Origin: Candidatus Heimdallarchaeum endolithica
GTDB taxonomy: Archaea > Asgardarchaeota > Heimdallarchaeia > Heimdallarchaeales > Heimdallarchaeaceae
DNA length: 32,000 bases
Reading direction: 5' to 3'
Assembly: GCA_021513715.1 (NCBI GenBank)
Contig: CP084167.1
Coordinates: 2,085,555 to 2,117,554, forward strand
Shown here: positions 1 to 6,910 of the stretch, one piece after another
Layout: the number at the start of each line of letters is the position of its first letter
Numbering within the stretch: position 1 is the first letter of the stretch
Program-made: the position numbers and the translations under genes
The notes under the pieces: model-generated
What the model saw: the letters and a program-made list of their open reading frames with translations, nothing else
What the model was told of the DNA's origin: nothing
Database searches by the model: none

Positions 1-55
1 CAGTCAACTTTTTTTGGAAGTGTTAATAAAATAAAAAAGAATAAAGAGAAACAGT

Positions 56-216
56 GTTAAACTTGGGCTAAGACAAGATTAAAATTATAAAGTGCTAAAA
101 GTTCTACAAGATTAAAAGAAGTTAAAATTGGACTAAGATAGGATTGAAATGACTTAATTAAAGAAATAAGCTGGTGTTGAATAATAGTTAAAATTGGACT
201 AAGATAGGATTGAAAT
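56..216 (+). CRISPR. Orphan mini-CRISPR array (3 repeats, 2 spacers), same repeat family as the main array but on the opposite strand
   Basis: GTTAAAATTGGACTAAGATAGGATTGAAAT at 121-150 and 187-216 (identical). Degenerate copy at 56-85 (5/30 mismatches). Spacers are 35 nt (86-120) and 36 nt (151-186). The repeat differs at 1 nt from the reverse complement of the main-array repeat. It ends in ATTGAAAT (type I 8-nt handle) on the + strand. Confidence 0.8.
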
Positions 217-939
217 AGAAGTTTGAAAAGTCTCAGCAAATTGACGAGGATCAACCTTAGAACGAGAAGAACCAAAAGCGAAAACAGCCTTATCAAAACC
301 ACAAATATACAGAAAGGACTTAAAATAAGAACTAACCTCTTCAGAACGAAGAAAAGGAAAAAAAGGAGGAAAAGGAGGGAGAAAAGAAGACGGAAGAAGA
401 GATGAAGAATTAAAACGATGACGCATAAGGAGACGATAGGAAGGTAAAAAAGAATCAAAATAGGAAAAGAAAAAATCATAAAATTCCTCAAAAGAGAAAA
501 AAGAACTGAAAAAGGAAGAAGATAAAAAATTAAAATCTAAATCAGATAAAAAAAAGAATGCAAAATCAGATAAAAAATTAGGAAGAGAAAAATGCAAAAA
601 AGAAAAATGAGCATAAAATAAAGAAAAATTGCAAAGAGAAAATTTACGGGAAGAAAAAGAATCAAGGAAAAAGGAAAGAAAAGATTTCCAATTAAAATGA
701 GAATCAAAAAAATGAAAAGAGGAAGAAGAAAGAGAGAAAGGATCATTAAAGGAAATAAGTAAAAAAATGTCCCTTACAAAAAAAGAAAGAGAAGAGGGAG
801 AAGAGGAAGAAAGAAGAGAAAGAAAAGAAAAAAAATCAGGGGAAGAATCAATAAAAGTCTGAAGTAAAAAAACAAATTGAGGATCGTGAAGAAAAGAAAA
901 AGAATCGATAACAGAAAAAGTAGGAGAAAAAGCAACCAT
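199..939 (-). CDS. Uncertain: hypothetical, extremely Phe/Ser/Leu-rich ORF encoded by the polypyrimidine strand (almost all NNT codons)
   Basis: Only frame fully open across the tract. Strong 3-nt phase (see findings). Internal ATG at 939 lies downstream of tRNA-Leu, with TTTATATA centred ~26 nt upstream. The track ORF 199..1089 reads through the tRNA, so its 5' part is spurious. The stop lies inside the mini-array repeat. The ORF could still be a compositional artefact. Confidence 0.3.
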   Translation of the reverse strand: MVAFSPTFSVIDSFSFLHDPQFVFLLQTFIDSSPDFFSFLSLLSSSSPSSLSFFVRDIFLLISFNDPFSLSSSSFHFFDSHFNWKSFLSFFLDSFSSRKFSLCNFSLFYAHFSFLHFSLPNFLSDFAFFFLSDLDFNFLSSSFFSSFFSFEEFYDFFFSYFDSFLPSYRLLMRHRFNSSSLLPSSFLPPFPPFFPFLRSEEVSSYFKSFLYICGFDKAVFAFGSSRSKVDPRQFAETFQTSISILS

Positions 940-982
940 AAAGAAAAAAGGAAAAGGAAATATATAAAGATAAAAGAAGAAA
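217..982 (+). repeat. Polypurine (A/G-rich on +) low-complexity tract
   Basis: Visibly dominated by A and G on the + strand, strongest ~340-980. The + strand has stops in all three frames. Lies between the mini-array and the 3' end of tRNA-Leu. Confidence 0.85.
961..968 (-). promoter_or_regulatory. Candidate archaeal TATA box (TTTATATA on minus strand) upstream of the ATG at 939
   Basis: + strand tatataaa at 961-968. Spacing of ~26 nt to the ATG fits a leaderless transcript. Similar TATA-to-ATG spacing is seen at the 1833, 3612 and 17058 starts. Confidence 0.3.
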
Positions 983-1067
983 TGGTGCGGGGAGAGAGAT
1001 TCGAACTCTCGAACCACTAAGGACTGGATCCTAAGTCCAGCGCCTTTGACCGCTCGGCAATCCCCGC
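983..1067 (-). tRNA. tRNA-Leu (anticodon TAG), class II with long variable arm, CCA encoded
   Basis: Reverse complement reads GCGGGGA-TT-GCC..GGC-CTGGA-CTTAGGA-TCCAG-variable arm-GAGAG-TTCGAAT-CTCTC-TCCCCGC-ACCA. All stems pair. Confidence 0.93.
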
Positions 1068-1310
1068 GAAAGTTGAAGCAAATGAACAAAGTAGGAAACG
1101 AGAAGCTTTTCTATATGGATTAAGAAACGAGTTAACATCTATTTTTTAAATTTATCTCTGTAAGATAATAAAAGAATATAAAGAAAATAATTATTAAGAA
1201 GAGGACACGACAAACAAAAATATTAAAAATCAATTTAATTCTATCAGTTCAAAAAGACAAAAAGACAAAAAGACAAAAAAAAGTAAAAATGGAGAAAAAT
1301 GCAACTAGAA

Positions 1311-1418
1311 GCCCCGATGGTGTAGCTCGGCCAATCATAATGGACTTTCACATGCTAAAGTCCGCGGATGTGGCAGGAATATCCATTGACCCGGGTTCAA
1401 ATCCCGGTCGGGGCACCA
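1311..1418 (+). tRNA. tRNA-Glu (anticodon TTC) with ~30-nt intron 3' of the anticodon, CCA encoded
   Basis: Acceptor GCCCCGA/TCGGGGC. D-arm GGTGTAGCTCGGCCAATCAT is typical of archaeal tRNA-Glu. Anticodon stem ATGGA/TCCAT is split by an insert. Intron AAAGTCC pairs with GGACTTT across the anticodon. T-arm CCGGG-TTCAAAT-CCCGG. Confidence 0.88.
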
Positions 1419-1630
1419 AGTTCCTATTTTAATTAGTTTATAGAAAATTAAGGTTACGAGGTTAATTGGTAACAAAACAAAATAGTAACCTTCTCCTGTA
1501 ATTCTGCTTCTAAACAAAAAATCAAGTTAAGAATTAACAGTTAACCTAGAAGATTTTTAGACCAAAATTTTGAATTAAAAAATCTTGTTTGAGAATGTAA
1601 TAATAGAAGAGAAGAAATTAGAAGATGAAA

Positions 1631-1649
1631 ACTTGAGCTCTTGATCACC
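1631..1649 (-). other. Degenerate copy of the tRNA-Pro 3' end (older att-like scar)
   Basis: acttgagctcttgatcacc versus acttgaactcctgatcacc in tRNA-Pro (2 mismatches in this 19-nt core). It is followed by the same agaacatttatccag... junction sequence as at 4551. Confidence 0.6.
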
Positions 1650-1832
1650 AGAACATTTATCCAGAAATAGATTATAAGAGATGAGTCTTGATTTAAAATC
1701 ACTGTAACTATCTTTTTACAAGTTTGAAAACAGTTAAAACTAAAGAAAATTACTCTTTATTTAAAATCATCAAAACTAGTGTTTAACCCCTTTTTCGCAA
1801 AAATTTATTAATAAAAAAAATGTCTATTTTTT

Positions 1833-3212
1833 ATGCTTTTTACTTTTAAAAAAAGAAAAAATAATTCATTCATGCTTTTACTGTTCGTCTTTTCTTCTCT
1901 CATGCTCTTTTCTCCTGATTTTAATCTAGTCACTTCTTCTGCTTCAAGTTCAGGTACCTTTCCTCCTCCTGATGGTATTTGGAACATTACCGAACCTACA
2001 GTTGTTGAAAACGAGTTTATTAAACTTACCAACAGAGTTGATATCAAGGACGAAGGCTCTCTTATTCTTCGTAACTGTTTTATTGTTATTGAACATGATC
2101 GAGTAGGTTCTCTCGGTATTTATGCTATAGACAATTCTTCTTTAGCGATCTATGATACTACTATCCTAACTTACACTGACAGTCCTTGGTATATTGGTGT
2201 AGATAATAATGCCCATCTTCATCTTGAGGGTTCCACTCTTATTGGAGGGTCGGATAGAACTTATTCACGCGAATTGATACGATTATACAGTTCTGATAAT
2301 ATCGTTATTAACAATTTTATCACTCATACTCGGGGAGCAATAGATATCCAATACGGTTCTCACAACTTGGTTAGTGGTAACAACATTTCTCATAATAGTG
2401 CAAGCAGTATTGATATGACTGAAAGTTGTTTTAACGTTATTACTAATAACTACATATCGTATATTAGTTCATTGGCAATTCGTAGTTCAGGACATAATAA
2501 CATCATAACAAATAATACTATTACTTATACCAGGTATGAAGGAATAAGCGTAAGTGGGGATAATAACACCGTTACTGATAACGTTATTTCCGAGAGCAGA
2601 AGAAATGGCTTGGGTGTAGGTGGATCTAACAATCACCTTTCTTCTAATATGTTGTTCAATAATAGCAACTATGGTCTATATATTTACAAATCTGCTTCTA
2701 ACAACTTTATCTCTCGTAATGTTTTTTTCAAGAACAATCAAGGTAACAACCTTTCTCAAGCTTTTGATGATGGGGTAAATAACACTTGGTTTGACCCCGT
2801 CTATTCTATTGGCAATTATTGGTCAGATACCGATGGTTCTGAACCTTACCCTATCGATGGTGCGGCTAAAGCTTTTGACCCTTTTCCTCGTGGAAGCGAT
2901 TTCGACGAAGATAACCTTCTGGATTATCTTGAAGATCATGTTTATGGTACTGACCCCTGGAATCCTGATTCGGATGGAGACCTTTTACCTGACGGTTGGG
3001 AAGTTCATTATGGTTCTGACCCTTTAACTCCTGATGCTTATCTTGATTTTGACGGCGATGGTTTGACCAACCTTGAAGAATTTTATAACCATACCAATCC
3101 TTTAGTTAAAAATCAGATGATGCTCTTAGCGATAGTTCTCTCTCCCCTATCTTTTGTTTCACTTTTCTCGCTTAAAAATCTCCTCCGTTTTTTAAAAAAT
3201 AGGAGAAAATAG
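1833..3212 (+). CDS. Secreted/anchored right-handed beta-helix (PbH1/NosD-like) surface protein with Asp-rich Ca-binding-type repeats and a C-terminal TM anchor
   Basis: N-terminal signal-like KKRKNNSFMLLLFVFSSLMLF. Repeated SGNNISHN / VITNNYI / IITNNTI / VTDNVIS turns. DPWNPDSDGDLLPDGWE and DFDGDGLTNLEEF motifs. C-terminal hydrophobic helix plus a KNRRK tail. Confidence 0.85.
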   Translation: MLFTFKKRKNNSFMLLLFVFSSLMLFSPDFNLVTSSASSSGTFPPPDGIWNITEPTVVENEFIKLTNRVDIKDEGSLILRNCFIVIEHDRVGSLGIYAIDNSSLAIYDTTILTYTDSPWYIGVDNNAHLHLEGSTLIGGSDRTYSRELIRLYSSDNIVINNFITHTRGAIDIQYGSHNLVSGNNISHNSASSIDMTESCFNVITNNYISYISSLAIRSSGHNNIITNNTITYTRYEGISVSGDNNTVTDNVISESRRNGLGVGGSNNHLSSNMLFNNSNYGLYIYKSASNNFISRNVFFKNNQGNNLSQAFDDGVNNTWFDPVYSIGNYWSDTDGSEPYPIDGAAKAFDPFPRGSDFDEDNLLDYLEDHVYGTDPWNPDSDGDLLPDGWEVHYGSDPLTPDAYLDFDGDGLTNLEEFYNHTNPLVKNQMMLLAIVLSPLSFVSLFSLKNLLRFLKNRRK

Positions 3213-3611
3213 TCTCTTTCTCTTATCTTCATCTTGTCTTTTTCTATAGATTTTTATCTTATTTTTCTTCTTTGTTTCTTTCCTTTATTATGAGTTGAAA
3301 TTTTCGTAATTTCTTCATGACTCTACCCAACCAGGCAACAAATCAGTGTTATCTGATTGTGAGGACTGGGTTAAGAGAATATAGATGGTTTTTCTACTCA
3401 ATATTTACTATCCTGCTGTTTAGGTTACTTCCTCTTCATTCTGTACTTTTTAGCTACTCTCTTTCTAAGTTTCCTAGGGTGTGGTTGTTTTTTATGTTTA
3501 TTACTTATTTTTAGTAACTAGTCTTTTAGAGTATTATTAAGATAGTTCTAATTAGTCATAACACTTCTTAATAGATAAAATTTATAAATATTTATTGAGA
3601 TTTTCGTTTTA

Positions 3612-3806
3612 ATGTACAGTAAAAAAAAGGAAAAGGATTTTCATAAGCAATTAACACAAAAGAGGAGAAGTATGAGCCTATATTCTACAGCAGTAAAACT
3701 TGCTGAATATGGGGAAGCTGAGGCTAGTATAAAGACTCCACCAAAAAGAAAAACCTCTAAGTATGTGAGTAAAAAAAACTGGTCGAGATGGAAGTCTTTT
3801 GTTTAG
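3612..3806 (+). CDS. Lys-rich 64-aa ORF, possibly the N-terminal part of the downstream membrane protein (separated only by an in-frame TAG)
   Basis: TATA-like aatttataaatatt ~27 nt upstream of the ATG. Same frame as 3891..4367, with no other stop between them. Confidence 0.35.
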   Translation: MYSKKKEKDFHKQLTQKRRSMSLYSTAVKLAEYGEAEASIKTPPKRKTSKYVSKKNWSRWKSFV

Positions 3807-3890
3807 ATTATTTGTACTGTTTTAGGATCCTCGATTCTTTATGTAATTGCTCTTAAAAAGTATCCTACAAACAGCCTTGTTTACCTATTT

Positions 3891-4367
3891 ATGTTCACTA
3901 TTTTGGGTATTTTTACTGTGAACCTTGGAGTTGGGCTGTTGTTTAAGTATCTTTCAAGTGGTGCATATAGCATAAGTAGACTTTTTTTTGAATTTTTTTA
4001 TATAATAGCAATAATCGTAGCTACTATTTCAGCATTATATTTACCAACTGTTATTGTTCTTCTAGTAGTAGGAAAAAGTGTAGATTGGCTTAAATATCTC
4101 TTTATTATAGCCTTAATTGTTTTTCCTATTGCCTACGTAATTGGTTTATTATTTAATCATATAAAGGAGACAGGTTTGTCAGTTAGAGAATATTTCTCTT
4201 ATCTTTTTAATCGTGAGAGAAAAAATGAAGAAAAAAGAAAAGCTACAAAACAAATTAACAGGTATAATGATTTTTATAGCGGCCTTAATAGAATTCAAGA
4301 AAATTATAAGAGTAGAACTAGTAAAAAGTTAAGAGCAGAGGATTTACTCTCCAGTTCGTCAGAATAA
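3891..4367 (+). CDS. Hypothetical polytopic membrane protein with a basic C-terminal tail
   Basis: Several hydrophobic helices (ILGIFTVNLGVGLLF, IIAIIVATISALYLPTVIVLLVV, LFIIALIVFPIAYVIGLLF), then a K/R-rich tail. The open frame extends upstream to the TAG at 3804-3806. Confidence 0.6.
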   Translation: MFTILGIFTVNLGVGLLFKYLSSGAYSISRLFFEFFYIIAIIVATISALYLPTVIVLLVVGKSVDWLKYLFIIALIVFPIAYVIGLLFNHIKETGLSVREYFSYLFNRERKNEEKRKATKQINRYNDFYSGLNRIQENYKSRTSKKLRAEDLLSSSSE

Positions 4368-4515
4368 CAAAGCGTTTTTTTGTTGTTAGTTACGAGAATA
4401 CAGTGAATATGAGCTAACAATTATTGGTCATAATAATTAGATTATTTATTCAAATAGTAAAATATGCATATCTTCCCAGAAGAAAGAACTGAAAAAGCCT
4501 CAAAACAAAGGAAAA

Positions 4516-4550
4516 TGGTGGCGGAGAGGAGACTTGAACTCCTGATCACC
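4516..4550 (-). repeat. Perfect 35-nt copy of the tRNA-Pro 3' end (att-like direct repeat)
   Basis: tggtggcggagaggagacttgaactcctgatcacc is identical to 6911-6945 (T-arm, 3' acceptor strand and CCA). The copies diverge at 4551 versus 6946. Confidence 0.9.
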
Positions 4551-4733
4551 AGAACATTTATCCAGAAATAGATTATGAGAAAAGAGTCTTGATTTAAAAT
4601 CACCATAACTATCTTTTTACAAGTTTGAAAACAGTTAAAACTAAAGAAAATTACTCTTTATTTAAAATCATCAAAACTAGTGTTTAACCCCTTTTTCGCA
4701 AAAATTTATTAATAAAAAAAATGTCTATTTTTT

Positions 4734-6119
4734 ATGCTTTTTACTTTTAAAAAAAGAAAAAATAATTCGTTCGTGCTTTTACTTGTGATTTTTTCTTCTC
4801 TCTTGCTCTTTTCACCTACTTTTAGTCCTATAGTTACTTCTTCTTCCTCTTCTGGAGTCTTTCCTCCTCCTGCAGAGGGTAGATGGAACATTACCGAACC
4901 TACGGTAGTGGAAAACGAGTTTATACACCTTACCAACGACATTTCTGTTAGGGGAGAAGGCTCTCTTATTCTTCGTAATTGTTTTATTGTTGTTGAACAC
5001 GACGAAATAGGTTATATAGGGATTACTGCCACAGACAATTCTTCTTTAGAGATATACGATACAACCATTCTAACTTACACCGATAGCCCGTGGACTATTG
5101 TCATATATGAAAATGCTCATCTTCACCTTGAGGATTCCACTCTTATTGGTGGGTGGAACAGGACTTATTCTCGCGATTTAATACGTTTATACAGTTCTAA
5201 CAATGTTGTTATTAACAACTTTATCACTCATACCGAGGGGGCAATAGAGATCCAATACGGTTCTCACAACTTGGTTAGTGGTAATAACATTTCTTACACT
5301 AGATGGGCAAGTGGCATTGATATGACCGACACTTGTTTTAACGTTATTACTAACAACCACTTGTTGTATAGTGGAACACATGGAATTTATGGTTCAGGAC
5401 ATAATAACATTATATCAAATAACACTATTATTTATACCAAGTATGATGGGTTAGCACTAAGTGGGGATAATAACACCGTTACCGATAACGTTATTTCCGA
5501 GAGCAAAGAAAGTGGCTTGTCCGTAAGTGGTTCTAACAATCACCTTTCTTCTAATATTTTGTTTAATAACAGCAAGTATGGAATGTATATTTACAAATCT
5601 GCTTCTAACAACTTTCTCTCGCGTAACGTTTTTTTCAAGAACAATCCGACTAATAATCTTTCTCAAGCAATTGATGATGGGGCGAATAACACCTGGTTTG
5701 ACCCCGTCTATTCTATTGGTAATTATTGGTCTGATACTGATGGATCTGAACCTTACCCTATCGATGGTGCGGCTAAAGCTTTTGACCCTTTTCCTCGTGG
5801 AAGCGATTTCGACGAAGATAATCTTCTGGATTATCTTGAAGATCATGTTTATGGTACTGACCCCTGGAACCCTGATTCGGATGGAGATCTTTTACCTGAC
5901 GGTTGGGAAGTTCATTATGGTTCTGACCCTTTAACTAATGACTCTTATCTTGACCTTGATGGTGATGGTTTAACCAATCTTGAAGAATTTTATAACCATA
6001 CCAATCCCTTAATCAAAAACCAAATAATGTACTTGATAATCGTTCTCACTCCTTTATCCTTCGTTTCTATTTTCTCAGTTAAAAATCTCCTCTTTCTTTT
6101 AAAAAATAGGAAAAAATAG
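4734..6119 (+). CDS. Paralog of 1833..3212: beta-helix surface protein with Asp-rich repeats and a C-terminal anchor
   Basis: Collinear with the 459-aa paralog. Same signal-like N-terminus, PbH1-like NN-turn repeats, and an identical DPWNPDSDGDLLPDGWEVHYGSDPLT block. C-terminal TM helix plus a KNRKK tail. Confidence 0.85.
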   Translation: MLFTFKKRKNNSFVLLLVIFSSLLLFSPTFSPIVTSSSSSGVFPPPAEGRWNITEPTVVENEFIHLTNDISVRGEGSLILRNCFIVVEHDEIGYIGITATDNSSLEIYDTTILTYTDSPWTIVIYENAHLHLEDSTLIGGWNRTYSRDLIRLYSSNNVVINNFITHTEGAIEIQYGSHNLVSGNNISYTRWASGIDMTDTCFNVITNNHLLYSGTHGIYGSGHNNIISNNTIIYTKYDGLALSGDNNTVTDNVISESKESGLSVSGSNNHLSSNILFNNSKYGMYIYKSASNNFLSRNVFFKNNPTNNLSQAIDDGANNTWFDPVYSIGNYWSDTDGSEPYPIDGAAKAFDPFPRGSDFDEDNLLDYLEDHVYGTDPWNPDSDGDLLPDGWEVHYGSDPLTNDSYLDLDGDGLTNLEEFYNHTNPLIKNQIMYLIIVLTPLSFVSIFSVKNLLFLLKNRKK

Positions 6120-6278
6120 TAAATTTCCTTATTTCCAATTCTTTTGTTTTTTTTCCTTTTCGTTTTGTTTTGTTTATTTTTTGCTAGTTCAAATGAAAAT
6201 AATAGTGATAATGATAATGATAGTGATAGTTTTAGAGATAGTGATAGACTTTATTTTTCTTTTCTTTTAAATTTGATA

Positions 6279-6875
6279 TTATAATTCTTTACTGTAGTTT
6301 AGCAGTGTTTGGTACATGTTTTTTTCCTTTTCTTTTTCTATGTATATTCTCCTTTCTTTTACATTTTCTTTTATATAATCTAGTGATAATTCTACTACTC
6401 TTACTTTGTTTATTTTTTCTTTCTTTAGTTGTTCTTTCATTTTTCTTTCCAATATTTGTCTTTCTTTCTCTGTTTCTACTGGTACTTTGTTTATTATCAC
6501 ATCAATTGGATCGATGAATGTACTCTCTGGAAATTTTTTTATTTGTTCTATTTCTTCAGTTAGATCTTCCAAAGGGGGAATACAGACACAAACTAATTTA
6601 TCTGATAGCAGTAAAACACTCATTATTTCGGTGTTCGTTATACTTGGAGAGTCTATCAACACTATTTCATATTTCTTCCGCAGATAAGCTAGTAAATTTC
6701 TTATAAAGTTTGCAAAATCTTTATGATGATAGTCTCTATCTTTGTTAATTAGATCTTCTATTGTTGCTGGAGCAGTAGGGATAATGAAATCTACTCCATA
6801 ATCGTTTGTAATTATACTTTTCTTAATTATTGTATCAACCGTTTCTAGTTCAAGGTTGTTTCTATAGTTCTGCAT
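6279..6875 (-). CDS. ParA/MinD-family ATPase fragment lacking the N-terminal Walker A (probably truncated, possibly a pseudogene)
   Basis: YEIVLIDSPSITN (Walker B-like hhhhD) and DKLVCVCIPP...IDVIINKV resemble the ParA/MinD core. No KGGxGKT is present. An in-frame stop lies 9 nt upstream of the ATG. The 5' end is 35 nt from tRNA-Pro. Confidence 0.55.
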   Translation of the reverse strand: MQNYRNNLELETVDTIIKKSIITNDYGVDFIIPTAPATIEDLINKDRDYHHKDFANFIRNLLAYLRKKYEIVLIDSPSITNTEIMSVLLLSDKLVCVCIPPLEDLTEEIEQIKKFPESTFIDPIDVIINKVPVETEKERQILERKMKEQLKKEKINKVRVVELSLDYIKENVKERRIYIEKEKEKNMYQTLLNYSKEL

Positions 6876-6910
6876 ATGAACTTAGAAAAAAACGTTAAAA
6901 TCACATAAAA

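Larger units (their letters stand above)
1650..4515. mobile_element. Putative integrated-element remnant / cassette A (no integrase seen)
   Basis: Bounded by a degenerate tRNA-Pro 3' fragment (1631-1649) and a perfect one (4516-4550). Its left end is homologous to the left end of cassette B. Confidence 0.3.
4551..6910. mobile_element. Putative integrated-element remnant / cassette B (no integrase seen)
   Basis: Flanked by 35-nt perfect direct repeats of the tRNA-Pro 3' end. Carries the beta-helix paralog and a truncated ParA-like gene. Confidence 0.35.

Noticed and set aside
57-746. Track ORFs 57..491 (-), 537..746 (-) and 223..405 (+) in the polypurine tract
   Set aside because: 57..491 runs through the mini-CRISPR repeats. 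These minus ORFs are in phase 0, which is interrupted by stops at 537 and 774. The + ORF is a short K/R run in a strand with stops in all frames. All three are compositional artefacts.
199-982. Stop-codon reassignment as an explanation for the K/E-rich + reading with in-frame TGA/TAA/TAG
   Set aside because: All three stop codons terminate conserved genes in this window (secE TGA, spt5 TAG, rpl11 TAA). The reading would need all three recoded.
983-1089. 5' part of ORF 199..1089 (-)
   Set aside because: It reads straight through tRNA-Leu on the same strand. Only the part downstream of the ATG at 939 is even conceivable as coding.
1252-1282. 8-nt tandem gacaaaaa x3 between the divergent tRNA-Leu and tRNA-Glu
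   Set aside because: It is a very short A-rich microrepeat in a promoter region, with nothing to support a specific function.
1335-1517. 60-aa ORF (-)
   Set aside because: It is antisense to tRNA-Glu and its intron, so it is spurious.
1808-2047. ORFs 1808..2047 (-) and 4709..4942 (-), conserved between the two cassettes
   Set aside because: They are antisense to the 5' ends of the beta-helix genes. Their conservation follows from the duplication itself.
3317-3514. 65-aa ORF (+) and a ~45-nt imperfect hairpin around 3325-3372 (aaatcag tgttat ctgatt)
   Set aside because: The ORF has junk-like composition and no start context. The hairpin is short and AT-rich. There is not enough evidence for a gene or ncRNA.
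5187-5934. Track ORFs 5187..5381 (-), 5457..5846 (-), 5527..5934 (+) and 2791..3027 (+)
   Set aside because: They are alternative-frame or antisense ORFs inside the well-supported beta-helix genes.
1833-6119. Diversity-generating retroelement (template/variable repeat) explanation for the two beta-helix paralogs
   Set aside because: No reverse transcriptase is in the window. Mismatches between the copies are not adenine-specific (c/t, a/t and t/a changes are all seen). Divergence spans most of the gene rather than a short C-terminal variable region.
6195-6250. GATA(A/G)T-rich microsatellite-like run (agtgataatgataatgatagtgatag...)
   Set aside because: It is a short degenerate simple repeat in a convergent terminator region and is not otherwise structured.
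6305-6706. Three + strand ORFs of 62-93 aa
   Set aside because: They are antisense to the ParA-like gene, with hydrophobic junk composition.
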